A DNA stretch of 64,000 nucleotides from an uncultured Acidimicrobiia bacterium (GCA_963836205.1 CAWIIV010000006.1:576001-640000); one strand, 5' to 3'. Positions 46,765-57,839 are shown, counted from the stretch's first letter. Notes: generated by a model from the sequence alone, not told the origin. Numbers and translations are program-made.

Positions 46765-47631
46765 TCACGACAGGCCGAGCGCGTCGGCGACCGAGGCGAG
46801 GTAGTCGACGTGGCCGTCGACGGAGTCCAACCCGAGGCCCATCGTGACCACCGAGAAATGGGTACCGCCTGCCTCGCGCCAGGCGTCGATCTCCGCGGTG
46901 AGGTCGCCCACGGTCCGACTCAGGGACACGTACTCGCCGCCGAACTCGTCGACCGGCCGGCCGAGGTCGCCCACCCGCTCACGCAGCCGGTTCCACGTGT
47001 CGACGGCGTGGTCGACACCACCGCCACCGAAGAAGATGAAGCCGTCCGCCAGCCGGGCGGCCCGGTCGAACGCCTTCTCGCCCGATCCACCGAGCCAGAT
47101 CGGGACGGGCCGCGTCGGCTTCGGGACGAGTGCGGCTCTGTTCACCCGGTCGAAGCGGCCCGCGAAGTCGACGACCGGTTCGGTGAACAACCGGCGCAGC
47201 AACTGGATCTGCTCCTCCTGCCGGGCGCCGCGGGTACGGAAGTCCTGCCCGAGGGCCTCGTACTCGACGTGGTTCCAGCCCACCCCCACACCCAGCCGCA
47301 GCCGCCCGCCGGAGAGGAGCTCGACATCGGCCGCCTGCCGAGCCACGAGCGCGGTCTGGCGCTGCGGGAGGATCAGGATCCCGGTGGCGAAGCCGATCCG
47401 CTCGGTGATGCCGGCCAGATAGGCGAATATCACGAACGGGTCGTGGAACGGGTCGTGCTCGGTGTACGGGCCCGTCAGCGGAGGCGTTCGATCGGCGTGA
47501 ACGGCGCCGAGCACGTGGTCGTAGGCGAGGAGATGGGAAAAACCCAGGTCCTCGACCGCGCTCCCGATCCGCCCGACCGCGGTCGGCTCTCCTCCAAGCT
47601 CGTTCTGGGGGTAGACGACTCCGATCTGCAC
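46765..47631 (-). CDS. LLM-class F420-dependent oxidoreductase
   Basis: YDHV, DPFV, ILILPQR, LSGGRLRLGVGVGW, EYEALG, PIWLGG, ADGF. Confidence 0.92.
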   Translation of the reverse strand: MQIGVVYPQNELGGEPTAVGRIGSAVEDLGFSHLLAYDHVLGAVHADRTPPLTGPYTEHDPFHDPFVIFAYLAGITERIGFATGILILPQRQTALVARQAADVELLSGGRLRLGVGVGWNHVEYEALGQDFRTRGARQEEQIQLLRRLFTEPVVDFAGRFDRVNRAALVPKPTRPVPIWLGGSGEKAFDRAARLADGFIFFGGGGVDHAVDTWNRLRERVGDLGRPVDEFGGEYVSLSRTVGDLTAEIDAWREAGGTHFSVVTMGLGLDSVDGHVDYLASVADALGLS

Positions 47632-47651
47632 GGGCTTCAGCCTGGCACGGG

Positions 47652-47840
47652 ATGAATCGGGTCAGCGTCGGGTCACGGCCACCCGACGCCGGGCGCGGGA
47701 GCGACGAGCACCCGCTCTACACGCCGCCGACGGACGCGGAGCTGACCGCGAGGTGCCCGTTCGACGGGAGGTCGCCGTGCAACGACCTCGCCCGAGAACT
47801 GCTCCAGAGCGGCGAGCTGCCCCTGACCCGGCGGCGCTGA
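47652..47840 (+). CDS. Possible small hypothetical protein
   Basis: 62-aa ATG ORF with GC-biased codons in an otherwise empty gap; no motif recognised. Confidence 0.3.
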   Translation: MNRVSVGSRPPDAGRGSDEHPLYTPPTDAELTARCPFDGRSPCNDLARELLQSGELPLTRRR

Positions 47841-47945
47841 CAGCCCGCACCGCCCCGACCGGCGCTCAAGTGGGTTCCATCCCCTGCCGACAACGGGCCC
47901 GAGTGGGGTGCTCGGCGCGTGCCGGAGCCTGGAAAGGCAACCGGT

Positions 47946-50900
47946 ATGTACATCACCATCACGTCGATCCGGCTCGGCGCGGTCGTCCGACGGCTGGCGG
48001 GCCTGGTGGCCGTGGCGGTGGTAGCCAGCCTCCTCGCCGCGGTACCCGCCGCCGCCCTGGTGTCCGGCGTCCTCGACCCGACGTTCGGCACCGGTGGGAT
48101 CACCCGCGTCGACCTGGCCGGGCCCAGCATCGACGTCGCCAATGCCGGCGTGAGCAATCCGGGCGGCGCGGAGACCGTCCTCGTCGGATCGGCCAACGGC
48201 CACTTCGCCCTGGCCGGGTCGTCCGGGGTGTCGCCGTTCGGCAATGCCAGGCACCAGGTCGTCCTCGACTTCGGCCGCCCGTCGGCCGCCTACGCGGCGG
48301 CAGCTACCAACGACGTGGTCGCAGCCGGGCGGGCGGGCGACGACTTCGCGGTGGCCCGCCTGACCCGGTTCGGGAACCCGGTCCCCGGCTTCGGCGACCA
48401 GGGCCGGGTTACGACCTCGTTCGGACGCCCGGCGGTGGGCCGGGGGGTGGCGCTGCGGATCGACGACACGTTCGTCGTGGGGACGGTCGGCGTCGGCACC
48501 GACGCCGACGTGGCCCTGGCCCGCTACGACAGCCAGGGGCAACTGGTCCCGGAGTTCGGAGCCGGTGGGACCATGGTCGCCGACCTCTCCGGAGGCGCCG
48601 ACGCCGCCTACGCGGTGAGAAACGTGTCCCGCGGCGGCCCCGGAAACCTCGTCGTCGGGGGACGGGCCGGCGGTGCCGCCTTCGTCGGTCGCTACCTGCC
48701 CGACGGCACGTGGGACCCCAGGTTCGGTGATCGGCGGTCGGGTCCTCCTAGACCTCACGCCCGGCGACGACATCGCCTACGGCCTCGACATCTGGGCCGA
48801 CGGTCGCATCGTCGTGGCCGGCATCACCGCCTCGGGAGGCTTCGTCGCTCACCTGACACCGGCCGGAGCCCTGGACGCGACCTTCGGCACGGGCGGCCTG
48901 GTGACGGTCGACCTCGGCCCGGCCGGCGGCTTCAGCTCGGTGGTGTTCGGTGAGAACCCGGCTCGCCAAGCGGTGATCGTGGCCGGAGGGACGATGGTCA
49001 CACCGTCCGGGACCGACGGTGTGCTGGTCCGCCTCACGACCGCCGGCCAGATCGACACCGGCTGGGGCACCGGCGGCCGGACCGTCGTCGACTTCGGCGG
49101 CCCGACCGACAGGGGCAACGCCGTCCTGCGCCAGGGCGCATCTGCCGACAGCGCCTTCCTGATCGGCGGCGACGGCACCGACATGCGGCTGGGGGTGGTC
49201 GACACCGCCGGTCATCTGGTCCCGCCGTCGGACATCGTGTCCGGCCGGATCGACTTCTCCGTCTCGTCCGAGTGGGGCGAGGAGATGGTGGTGCAACCCG
49301 ACGGCGCCATCGTGGTCGTCGGTGGCGGCGACGCCGGGCTGGTGGTGACGCGCTTCCGCCCCGACGGTCGCCTCGACCCGACGTTCGGCCGCGGCGGCGT
49401 GGTCGTCGAGCCGCTCGGGGAGGGCACCGCGGTCGCGCTCCAGGCGGACGGGAAGATCCTGGTCGGCGGGCGGCGCGGCACCCGGGTGTGGGGCGTCTAC
49501 CGCCTCCTGGCCGACGGTCGGATCGACCAGGCCTTCGGCAACCTCGGGTTCGCCGGCTACGACCTCAGCGGCATCTCCACGGTGGGTGGTATCGCGGTAC
49601 GACCAGACGGCCGCATCGTGGTCGGCGCCACACGGCTCCTCGTCCTCAGCCCTTCGGGCCAGATCGAGACGTCCACCAGCCTGGGCATCACCGAAGCCGA
49701 TGTCGTCTCGGGGCTGGCGATGGAACAAGACGGCGTCGTGGTGGCCGTGCTCCGGAAACGCAACGAGATCCTCGGGTCGGGCGGACGGGCCGTGCGCCTC
49801 CTCCTCGACGGTACCCTTGACACGTCCTTCGGCACGACCGTCCGGGGCGCGGCCGGCGGCGTGGTGCGTCTCGCCGACGGCAGGTTCGTGTTCGCCGGCG
49901 AGATCGTCACCGGACGCTCGCCCGGGGGCCTGCCGACGGGTACCGACCTCGTCCTGACCGCCATGACCCACGACGGGTGGAACGACGAGACCTTCGGTGG
50001 ACCCGGGTCGGGCGGCATCGTCAAACTGGACATCGGGCAGTACGACCACGTTCCTGATCTCACCGTCACGCCCGACGGGAAGGTGCTCGTCTCGTTCTCC
50101 CACGGCGCCGACTCGATGCGCCGTGTGGGCCTGGCCCGCTTCCTGCCCGACGGCCGCCTCGACCGCAGCTTCGCGTCGCAGGGGACATGGATCGGCACCC
50201 TGGTGTCGTGGGGGACGGCCGTCGCCGTCGGAACCGACGGCCGGGTGCTCGTCGCGGGGCGGACCGACGGTCCGAATCTCGACGTGGCCCTGATGGCTAT
50301 GGCACCGGCGTCGGTGGCGAGCGGGCCTCCGCGGGCGTGGGGCTTCGGCGGGCTGGGCCAGTCGGGCGTCGGGACCGCCCCGGTCGTCGCGGTGGCCGGG
50401 GGCACCCATCACACCCTGACCGTGGCCGGGGACGGGTCCGTCCGGGCCTCGGGCTGGAACCTCACCGGACAGCTGGGGAACGGGACGACCGTCGACAGCA
50501 ACGTCCCGGTGAGGGTGACGGGCCTCACCGGGGTGGTCGCGGTGGCGGCCGGCACCTATCACAGCCTGGCCCTGAAGGCCGATGGAACCGTGTGGGCGTG
50601 GGGATGGAACCACTTCGGCCAACTGGGCAACGGGACGACCGTCGACAGCCGCGTCCCGGTGCGCGTGGCCGGGCTGACCCAGGTCACCGCAATCGCCGCC
50701 GGATCCCACCACAGCCTCGCCCTGCGGGCCGACGGAACCGCCTGGGCGTGGGGGTGGAACAGCCTCGGCCAGCTGGGCACCAGCACCCACCTCGTCAAAT
50801 CGACCGCCGACAGCGCCACGCCGGTGCCCGTGCGCGCCCCCGGTGCGATCACGGCGGTGGCGGCCGGCAGCTACCACAGCCTGTTCCTGTACGGCGACGG

Positions 50901-51360
50901 GACCATTTACTCGGCCGGCTGGAACGCCTTCGGCCAGCTCGGCCACGGGCCGGAGAACGGGCTCGCCCCCTCCGGGGTCCTCGACTCGGGCAGTTCCCGG
51001 GGCCGATACGTGGCGATCGCAGGAGGCGGGCTCCACAGCCTGGGCGTCAAGGCCGACGGGACGGTCGCGGCCTGGGGGTACAACCAGCTGGGCGAGCTGG
51101 GCGACGGATCGAGGACCGACAGCCAGGTTCCGGTGACGGTGAAAGGCGTCACCAATGCCCTGGCGGTGGCCGGCGGCGGGTACCACAGCCTGGTCCTGGG
51201 ACGGAACGGCGTCGTCCAGGGATGGGGCTCGAACGGCTACGGCCAACTCGGCACCGGCACGACGGCCGACCGCACCGAGCCCACGGTCGTGACGGTCATC
51301 CCGGCCGGCACGGTCGTCTCCGGCATGGCCGCCGGCACCCTCCACTCCCTGGCGTTCTGA
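47946..51360 (+). CDS. Secreted beta-propeller protein: delta-60 repeats + RCC1 repeats (+1 frameshift near 48729)
   Basis: Signal peptide; repeated LDPTFG.GG and QPDG.IVV; C-terminal HSLAL.ADG.VWAWGWN..GQLG repeats; ORFs 47919 and 48673 join at about 48729. Confidence 0.85.
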
Positions 51361-51471
51361 CCGACCCGGCGCGGCGAGGCCGTTGCGGCCCGCGCTCCCG
51401 GGGACGCGAGAGATAGGGTGCCCGGACACACAGCGGGCCACGCTCGGCGAAGACGAGGCGAGGAGATTCTC

Positions 51472-52011
51472 ATGGCGCGGAAATTCCGGACCGTCGTTTT
51501 CGCATCCTGCCTGCTCCTGACCTTGTTGGCGCCGAGACCCGCTTCGGCTGCCGCTCCCCGCCTTGTCGACCTGACGTGTCTTTTCAGCGCGACGATCAAT
51601 TTCAACCCCGGATTGACGCTCTCTTCCCAATCCGTGCAGATATCCGGCTCGGTTGCCGCCGGCTCATCGATGTCGCCGAAACTCCCCTGCTTCTCGGTGA
51701 CGGGTGTTCGCTACACCGGTGCGAGCGCCCCCGTGAGCGGTACTGGGACGCTCGGTTGTGTGACCACGGGCGCCTCGGCCAGCGTCAAAGGCACATTGCC
51801 GGTGACGTGGAACAACGGTGACACGTCCACGATCACGTGGAGCGTGACGGTGGGCGGACCACTGCCGACGGTTTCGGCGAAAGTCACTTCCGGTCAGCTC
51901 AACGGGACGAGCATCGTCGTCCTACCCTTACCGACCCGCCTGGATGGCAGCTGCCTGACTCCGCTCAAGAGCGTTTCCTTCATTGGCGTCCTGACGTTCC
52001 TCGGCCTGTAG
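51472..52011 (+). CDS. Secreted beta-rich hypothetical protein (lower GC)
   Basis: AGGAG RBS, Sec signal ending ASA, four Cys in the mature part, VTWNNGDTST. Confidence 0.8.
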   Translation: MARKFRTVVFASCLLLTLLAPRPASAAAPRLVDLTCLFSATINFNPGLTLSSQSVQISGSVAAGSSMSPKLPCFSVTGVRYTGASAPVSGTGTLGCVTTGASASVKGTLPVTWNNGDTSTITWSVTVGGPLPTVSAKVTSGQLNGTSIVVLPLPTRLDGSCLTPLKSVSFIGVLTFLGL

Positions 52012-52432
52012 GAGCTGCTCGAAGCCGACCTCGGCACGCAGGGTCCGCACGGGCCCGAGCACGGCTACTCGGCTCGTGACAGGCAGGTTCGGCCGGCGCG
52101 GCCCAGTGCCGCCCCGAGCACTCCGAACGGCATCCAGAAGAGTGGGAGCAGGACTAGGAGGACGGTGAAATTCAGGATGTTCTCGTCGACGGCGTCGAGC
52201 GGCACTCCGTCGCCGGCAAGGATCAGGCTGGAGTCGGCCCGGGTAAGTCCACGTCGCGGGCCTTGGTCGGGGTGTCGACGGCATTGGCCCGGTCTGTGTC
52301 GGTCAGGACAGGAGTGGGAACGTCCTCGTCGCGTCGGAGAAGCGTCGACGGCAGGAAGCAGAGAGTCGAGCTCCGCCACACGCCCCGCCAGGGTGCCCTC
52401 ACGCGTTTGGGCCAATCCCCGTGATGGGCGAG

Positions 52433-53035
52433 CTACGGGCGGGGCAACACCTGGTCGACGAGGGCGGGAACGGCGGCGGGGTCGAAGGGCTCGTGCAGCA
52501 AGAGCCGGCGCACGATCAAGGGTCCGATGAGGCACTCGGCCAGGACCACGAGGTCGACGTTGGCCGAGATCTCACCCGCCGTCACCCCCTCGGCCAACAG
52601 GTTCACCAGGATCTGGCGCCTCTCGCGGGCGAGCCGGCAGTGGACGGCGAGTATCTCCGGGTCGCGCTCGGCGGCGTCGATGATGGCGGGCAGGCAGGAC
52701 GACCAGGTGGAGTCGGCCAGGCCGGTGGCGATCGCCTGGAGCAGGACGGTGACCCGCGCCCGCACCGACCCGCCCGGGGGGGCACCGACGATGGGCTTGA
52801 GGGTGCGGATGGCGTCCTCGATCAGCTCGAGCTTGCCCGGCCAGTGGCGGTAGACGGTGCTCTTGCCGACCCCGGCCTTGGCCGCCACCGCCTCCATGGT
52901 GAGGCCCCCGCACCCGACCTCGGCCATGAGGTCGAGGGCGGCGGCGAGGATGACGCGGCGGGACCGCTCGACCCGGGGGTCGACGGCACCGGCGCCGGCG
53001 GCGGCAGCGGCAGCAGGAGCGGCGGGGACGTTCAG
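52433..53035 (-). CDS. TetR/AcrR family regulator
   Basis: DPRVERSRRVILAAA...LTMEAVAAKAGVGKSTVYRHW; frame extends upstream of ATG 52927 to a CTG overlapping the MFS stop. Start uncertain. Confidence 0.88.
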   Translation of the reverse strand: MNVPAAPAAAAAAGAGAVDPRVERSRRVILAAALDLMAEVGCGGLTMEAVAAKAGVGKSTVYRHWPGKLELIEDAIRTLKPIVGAPPGGSVRARVTVLLQAIATGLADSTWSSCLPAIIDAAERDPEILAVHCRLARERRQILVNLLAEGVTAGEISANVDLVVLAECLIGPLIVRRLLLHEPFDPAAVPALVDQVLPRP

Positions 53036-54630
53036 GCCCCCACCGCCGTCCGCTCGGACTCGACCCGATCGCCGTCGGCGGTGGCCGCGTCCTCCGTCTG
53101 CCGGCTGAACACCACGAACACCACGACCGCCGCGGCCAGCGCCAAACCGGCCGCCACCGTGCTGGTGAGGTTGAAGGCGTCGGTGAAGGCGGTACCGGCC
53201 CGGGCCGCCAGCTCGGCGCCACCCCGTCCCGCCTGCTCGGCGATCACGGTGGCCGCGCCCACCGACTCGGTGGCGGCGTCACGCACCTGGGGCGGCAGGG
53301 AGAGGCCGTCGAGGTCGACCGAGGTCCGGTAGAAGGCGCTGGCGATGCTGCCCAGGACGGCGATGCCGAGGGCCCCGCCCACCTCCCGGGTGGTGTCGTT
53401 GACGGCCGAGCCCACGCCCGCCTTGGCCGGGGGGACGGCGCTCATGATGCTGCCGGTGGCCGGCGCCGCGGTGAGGCTCATGCCCGCCCCCAGCAGGACC
53501 AGGGCGAGGGCCAGCACCGCGTACGGGGTGTCGGGCCCGATCAGGCCCAGCACGCCGAAGCCGGCGGCGATGAGGACGAACCCGCCCGCCATGACCTTGC
53601 CCGTACCCACCTTCTCGGCCAGGGCCGCGCTGCGGGGGGCGATGGCGATCAGGGCCACCGCCAGGGGCAGGGTGGACAGGCCCGCGCTCAGCGGCGAGTA
53701 GCCCCGCACGAACTGCAGATAGAGGGTGAACAGGAAGAACAGGCCGAACATGATGAAGAAGGCCACGGTGACGACGGCGCTGCCCACGCTCATACGCCGG
53801 TCCTTGAACAGGCGCAGGGGCAGCATCGGGTAGCGGGTGCGCCGCTCCCAGGCCAGGAAGCCGACAAGGCCCACCGCGGCGAAGGCGAACGCGGCCAGCA
53901 CGACCGTGCTCGTCCAGCCCTTCTCCGGGCCCTCGATGATGCCGTAGACGAGCGCGCCCAGGCCGACCAGAGAGAGCCCGGCGCCGACCGGGTCGAGGGG
54001 GGTGGCCTCCGGGTCCTTCGACGTGGGTGAGAACACCGCCACCGCAAGTACCACCAGGGCCACGATGGGGATGTTCACCAGGAAGGCCGATCCCCACCAG
54101 AACTTCTCCAGCAGGGCGCCCGAGACGATGGGCCCCAGGGCGCCGCCGGCACCGGCGAACCCGGCCCACATGGCGATGGCCTTGCGCCGCTCGTGGGGCG
54201 GGAAGATGGTGGTGAGCAGCGACAACGTGGCCGGCATGACGAAGGCGGCACCGAGACCGGTGATGATCCGGCCCACGATGACCTGGCCCGCACCGGTGCC
54301 GAGACCGCCCACGAGGGAGCCGGCGGCGAACACCACCAGGCCGAAGATGAGCGCCCGCTTGCGCCCGAACCGGTCACCCAGGGCGCCGGCGGGCAGGAGC
54401 AGGGCGGCGAAGACCAGGGCGTAGGAGTCGACGATCCACTGGAGGGCGCTGGCGCCGGAGCCGAGCTCCCGCTGCATGCTGGGCAGGGCCACGTTGAGCC
54501 CCGACACCGACATGACCACCATCACCAGCGACAGGCACATGATGCCCAGCAGGAACCACCGCCGACGGTGGACCACCGGGTCCTCGTGGAGAAGTCCGGT
54601 TGGCGGGGTGGGCTCACGCAACTCGGTCAT
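53032..54630 (-). CDS. MFS transporter, DHA2 (14-TM) efflux type
   Basis: LNVALP, LQWIVDSY, GALGDRFGRKR, MPATLSL, WGSAFLVNIP, GSAVNDTTREVG. Confidence 0.93.
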   Translation of the reverse strand: MTELREPTPPTGLLHEDPVVHRRRWFLLGIMCLSLVMVVMSVSGLNVALPSMQRELGSGASALQWIVDSYALVFAALLLPAGALGDRFGRKRALIFGLVVFAAGSLVGGLGTGAGQVIVGRIITGLGAAFVMPATLSLLTTIFPPHERRKAIAMWAGFAGAGGALGPIVSGALLEKFWWGSAFLVNIPIVALVVLAVAVFSPTSKDPEATPLDPVGAGLSLVGLGALVYGIIEGPEKGWTSTVVLAAFAFAAVGLVGFLAWERRTRYPMLPLRLFKDRRMSVGSAVVTVAFFIMFGLFFLFTLYLQFVRGYSPLSAGLSTLPLAVALIAIAPRSAALAEKVGTGKVMAGGFVLIAAGFGVLGLIGPDTPYAVLALALVLLGAGMSLTAAPATGSIMSAVPPAKAGVGSAVNDTTREVGGALGIAVLGSIASAFYRTSVDLDGLSLPPQVRDAATESVGAATVIAEQAGRGGAELAARAGTAFTDAFNLTSTVAAGLALAAAVVVFVVFSRQTEDAATADGDRVESERTAVGA

Positions 54631-54643
54631 GGAGGGTCCTTTC

Positions 54644-54680
54644 GACACGCCAACGTCTCGCTACGAGACGCGAACGTATC
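54644..54680. promoter_or_regulatory. Tandem palindromic operators, probably bound by the downstream TetR
   Basis: GACACG-N4-CGTCTC (54644-54659) and GAGACG-N4-CGTATC (54665-54680), immediately upstream of the MFS-TetR operon. Confidence 0.7.
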
Positions 54681-54746
54681 AGAAGTTCCCGATACCAGTG
54701 GCGGGCGCCGTCAGTCGCTGACGACGCCCGCCTCCGGCCCTGCTGT

Positions 54747-55919
54747 CTACGGCCGCCAGGTCAGCTGCTTGTCGCTGGCGTTGCCGTAGCTGAACGAGGC
54801 GTCGGCCACGCCCGTGGTGTTGGAGTTGCGGAGATACCAGGTGTTGCCGCGGACGACACCCGGTGTCACCGAGTCGTTCCCGTCCCAATCGCCGGGCACG
54901 GCCTTGTCGGTGGAGTTGCCGTAGGTGAAGTTGCTGTCGGCTGCGCCCTGGCTGTTGGAATTGCGGATGTACCAGACGCTCGCACGCACGACGCCGGGAG
55001 TGTCCGAACCGCTGCTGTCCCAGTCGCCCACGACCGGGACGTCACCCGGATTGCCGTAAATGAAGGAGATGTCGGCTGCGCCCTGGCTGTTGGTGTTGCG
55101 CAGGTAGAACGTGCCGTTGCGGACGACGCCGGGGGTGACGGTGCCGTTGCCGTCCCAGTCACCTGCGATGGGCGTATCGCCCGGGTTGCCGTAGATGAAC
55201 GTCACGTCGGCCGCGCCGGTGGAGTTGGCGTTGCGCAGGTACCAGGTGCCGGCCCGCACCACGCCCGGGGTCACCGAGCCGTTGCCGTCCCAGTCTCCGG
55301 TGATGGGGATGTCGCCGGTGGGGTTGCCGTAGACGAAGACGGTGTCGGCGTTGCCCGTGGTCTGGCTGTTGCGCAGGTACCAGGTGTCGGCCCGCACCAC
55401 GAGGGGCCGGTCGCGCTTGGGTCCCGCGGGCGGGATCGTCGAGGTCGTGGTCGAGCTGGTGCTGCTCGTGCTGCTGCTGCTGGTGGTCGTGGCGCCGACG
55501 ACGGTGGTGCTGGTGGTCGTGGTGGCGCCCGGCGTCGTGGTGGTCGTGGTGGTGGAGGTGCTCGACGTGGTGGTGGTGGCGTTGACGCAGGAGCTGAACA
55601 CGGCCGAGTCGACCTCTTGGCCCACGACCACGACGACGGCGTTGACGCTCTTGGGAACCGCCTTCTCGATGGAGCTGCTTGCGGGGACGGTGAACGCGAT
55701 CGGCGGCCCCGCTCCTTGGATGGTGCCCGTCACCGACGTGGTCCGCTGGTTGTTGAGGACGACGAAGTTGGTCGTCTCGGCACCGGTGCCACAGCGAGGC
55801 GTCACGGTCAGCTGGGCGATCGCCGCGTTCGCCATCGTCGGGAGAAGCAGGAACCCGACGGCGACCATTGTCGCCAGACACACTGCCCTCATAGTCCGAA
55901 ATCGAGTGGACCGATCCAT
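54747..55919 (-). CDS. Secreted protein: small beta domain, Thr/Ser linker, C-terminal 5-repeat GDWDG domain
   Basis: Signal peptide ending ANA, poly-Thr linker, five W/FY(L/I)RN...AD..F.YGN repeats. Alternative start 55970. Confidence 0.87.
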   Translation of the reverse strand: MDRSTRFRTMRAVCLATMVAVGFLLLPTMANAAIAQLTVTPRCGTGAETTNFVVLNNQRTTSVTGTIQGAGPPIAFTVPASSSIEKAVPKSVNAVVVVVGQEVDSAVFSSCVNATTTTSSTSTTTTTTTPGATTTTSTTVVGATTTSSSSTSSTSSTTTSTIPPAGPKRDRPLVVRADTWYLRNSQTTGNADTVFVYGNPTGDIPITGDWDGNGSVTPGVVRAGTWYLRNANSTGAADVTFIYGNPGDTPIAGDWDGNGTVTPGVVRNGTFYLRNTNSQGAADISFIYGNPGDVPVVGDWDSSGSDTPGVVRASVWYIRNSNSQGAADSNFTYGNSTDKAVPGDWDGNDSVTPGVVRGNTWYLRNSNTTGVADASFSYGNASDKQLTWRP

Positions 55920-55962
55920 CTTCACCCTGCCTTCCGCTTGTCCGATTCGATCGAATTCAACG

Positions 55963-57687
55963 TCATGCACTGCGCCACGTCAGTGGCTTGTCGCCGGAGT
56001 TGCCGTAGCCGAAGCTGACGTCGGCCGTGCCCGTGGTGTTGGAGTTGCGGACGAACCAGGTGCCGGCGCGCACGACGCCTGGGGTGGTGGCGCCGTTGCC
56101 GTCCCAGTCGCCCGGCAGCGGGATGTCGGTGGGGTTGCCGTAGCCGAAGGTGGCGTCGGCCGTCCCGGTGCTGTTGGAGTTGCGCAGGAACCAGGTGCCG
56201 TTGCGGACGACGCCCGGGGTGGCCGAGCCGGTGCTGTCCCAGTCGCCGACGACCGGGAGGTCGCCCGGGTTGCCATACGTGAAGGAGACGTCGGCCACGC
56301 CCGTCGTGTTGGCGTTGCGCAGGTACCAGGTGCTGCCCCGGACGACCCCGGGGGTGACGGTTCCGTTCCCGTCCCAATCGCCTGCGATCGGCGTGTCGCC
56401 CGGGTCGCCGTAGGTGAGGGTCACGTCGGCGACGCCGGTGGAGTTGGCGTTGCGCAGGTACCAGGTGTTGCCCCGCACCACGCCCGGTGTGGCCGAGCCG
56501 TTGCCGTCCCAGTCGCCGGTGACCGCCGTGTCACCGGTGGGGTTGCCGTAGTCGAACACGACGTCGGCGGTGCCGGCGGTGGCGGTGTTGCGCAGGTACC
56601 ACTTGCCCGACCGCACGACGAGGGGCCGGGCCTTCTTGTCGACCGTCCCCGGCACCGTGGTGGTGGTCGACGTGCTGGTGCTGGAGGTACTGGAGGTGCT
56701 GCTGGTGCTGCTGGTGCTGCTGGTGCTGGTGGTGGTGCTGGAGGTCACCGGCGACCCGCCCAGTGGCTGCCAGTCGGGCGAGGTGGCGCCGGCCCCGCTG
56801 ATCACCTTGGCCAAGGCGTTGCCCGGGATGTTGTAGCCGTAGAGGCCGTCGCCCTCGGGACCGCCGGTGAGCCGGAAGAAGATGATGTTGCCGTCGGGCG
56901 ACCACGTGGGCTCGGCCACCAGGCAGCCGCCGTCGGGCACGTCGTCGGGGCTGGCGCCGCTGGAGGAGATCCGGAAGATCCGGCTGTCGCACCCGGCCGC
57001 CTCGGCGGTGAAGACGATGCTCGACCCGTTGGGCGACCACTTGGGTGTGACCAGGTTGTCGTAGGGCTTGGCGTCGGGGGAGGTGGTGCCCGTGAGGGGG
57101 ATGACGTCGGTGCCGTCGGCCTTCATGCTGTAGATCCCCGAGCCGCCCTCGCCGTCGCCCCGCTGGAAGACGATCCGCTCGCCGTTGGGGGACCACTCGG
57201 GGGCGCGGTCGTCGGTGTCGGTGCCGAGGGCGTCGCCGTTGGTGAGCTGGGCCAGTCCGCCGGACCCGTCGGCGTTGATGACGAAGAGCCGGTACTCGCC
57301 GCCGACCCGGTCGCTGGAGAAGACGATGCGGTTGTTGTCGGGCGACCACGCGGGCTGGACGTCGTCGGCCGCGTTGCTGGTGAGGTTGGCGACGAAGGAG
57401 CCGTTGGCGGCCACCTTGAAGACGTCACCGTTGCTGTTGACCTGGCGGTCGAACGTCAGCCACGCCCCGTCCACCGACCACGCAGGGTGGTCGGCGTCGT
57501 CGAGAAACTTGGCCGGGCTGGTGCCGTTGGGCAGCGCGGTCCACAGGTCGCCGTCCTGGATCCAGGCGATGAGGCCGTTGGCGCCGGGGAAGGTGGCCTG
57601 GCTCTGGGGCACCACGACGCCCAGCGCGACGGCCACGACGACCCCCGCGGCGACCTTGATCCGAGTTGCTATTGCCCGCATGCGCAC
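55963..57687 (-). CDS. Secreted TolB/PD40 propeller protein with Ser/Thr linker and C-terminal 5-repeat GDWDG domain
   Basis: Signal peptide, FPGANGLIA, repeated P.WSP(D/N)G..IVF, same C-terminal repeats as its neighbour. Confidence 0.9.
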   Translation of the reverse strand: MRMRAIATRIKVAAGVVVAVALGVVVPQSQATFPGANGLIAWIQDGDLWTALPNGTSPAKFLDDADHPAWSVDGAWLTFDRQVNSNGDVFKVAANGSFVANLTSNAADDVQPAWSPDNNRIVFSSDRVGGEYRLFVINADGSGGLAQLTNGDALGTDTDDRAPEWSPNGERIVFQRGDGEGGSGIYSMKADGTDVIPLTGTTSPDAKPYDNLVTPKWSPNGSSIVFTAEAAGCDSRIFRISSSGASPDDVPDGGCLVAEPTWSPDGNIIFFRLTGGPEGDGLYGYNIPGNALAKVISGAGATSPDWQPLGGSPVTSSTTTSTSSTSSTSSTSSTSSTSTSTTTTVPGTVDKKARPLVVRSGKWYLRNTATAGTADVVFDYGNPTGDTAVTGDWDGNGSATPGVVRGNTWYLRNANSTGVADVTLTYGDPGDTPIAGDWDGNGTVTPGVVRGSTWYLRNANTTGVADVSFTYGNPGDLPVVGDWDSTGSATPGVVRNGTWFLRNSNSTGTADATFGYGNPTDIPLPGDWDGNGATTPGVVRAGTWFVRNSNTTGTADVSFGYGNSGDKPLTWRSA

Positions 57688-57839
57688 CCCCTGCGGCCCT
57701 GTCGGCCAGACCGCGGTCCGGCGAACCGATGGGCCACCCTAACGATCGAGTCTGGTTCCCGCCATCGCGACACCCACTGTCCCTAGACGCCCGGTCGCTG
57801 GGGATGGTTCCGAAGAGGCTGTGGACGTCCTGGGGGTAA

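Noticed and set aside
52065-52230. Hydrophobic reading frame (ILNFTVLLVLLPLFWMPFG) on the minus strand
   Set aside because: Probably a membrane-protein fragment, but it has no start and no identifiable family.
54750-56630. ~120-bp periodic DNA repeats as a non-coding array
   Set aside because: They are protein-coding repeats with synonymous variation.
57690-57839. Riboswitch in the leader of the PD40 gene
   Set aside because: No conserved riboswitch motif recognised; an Rfam scan would be needed.
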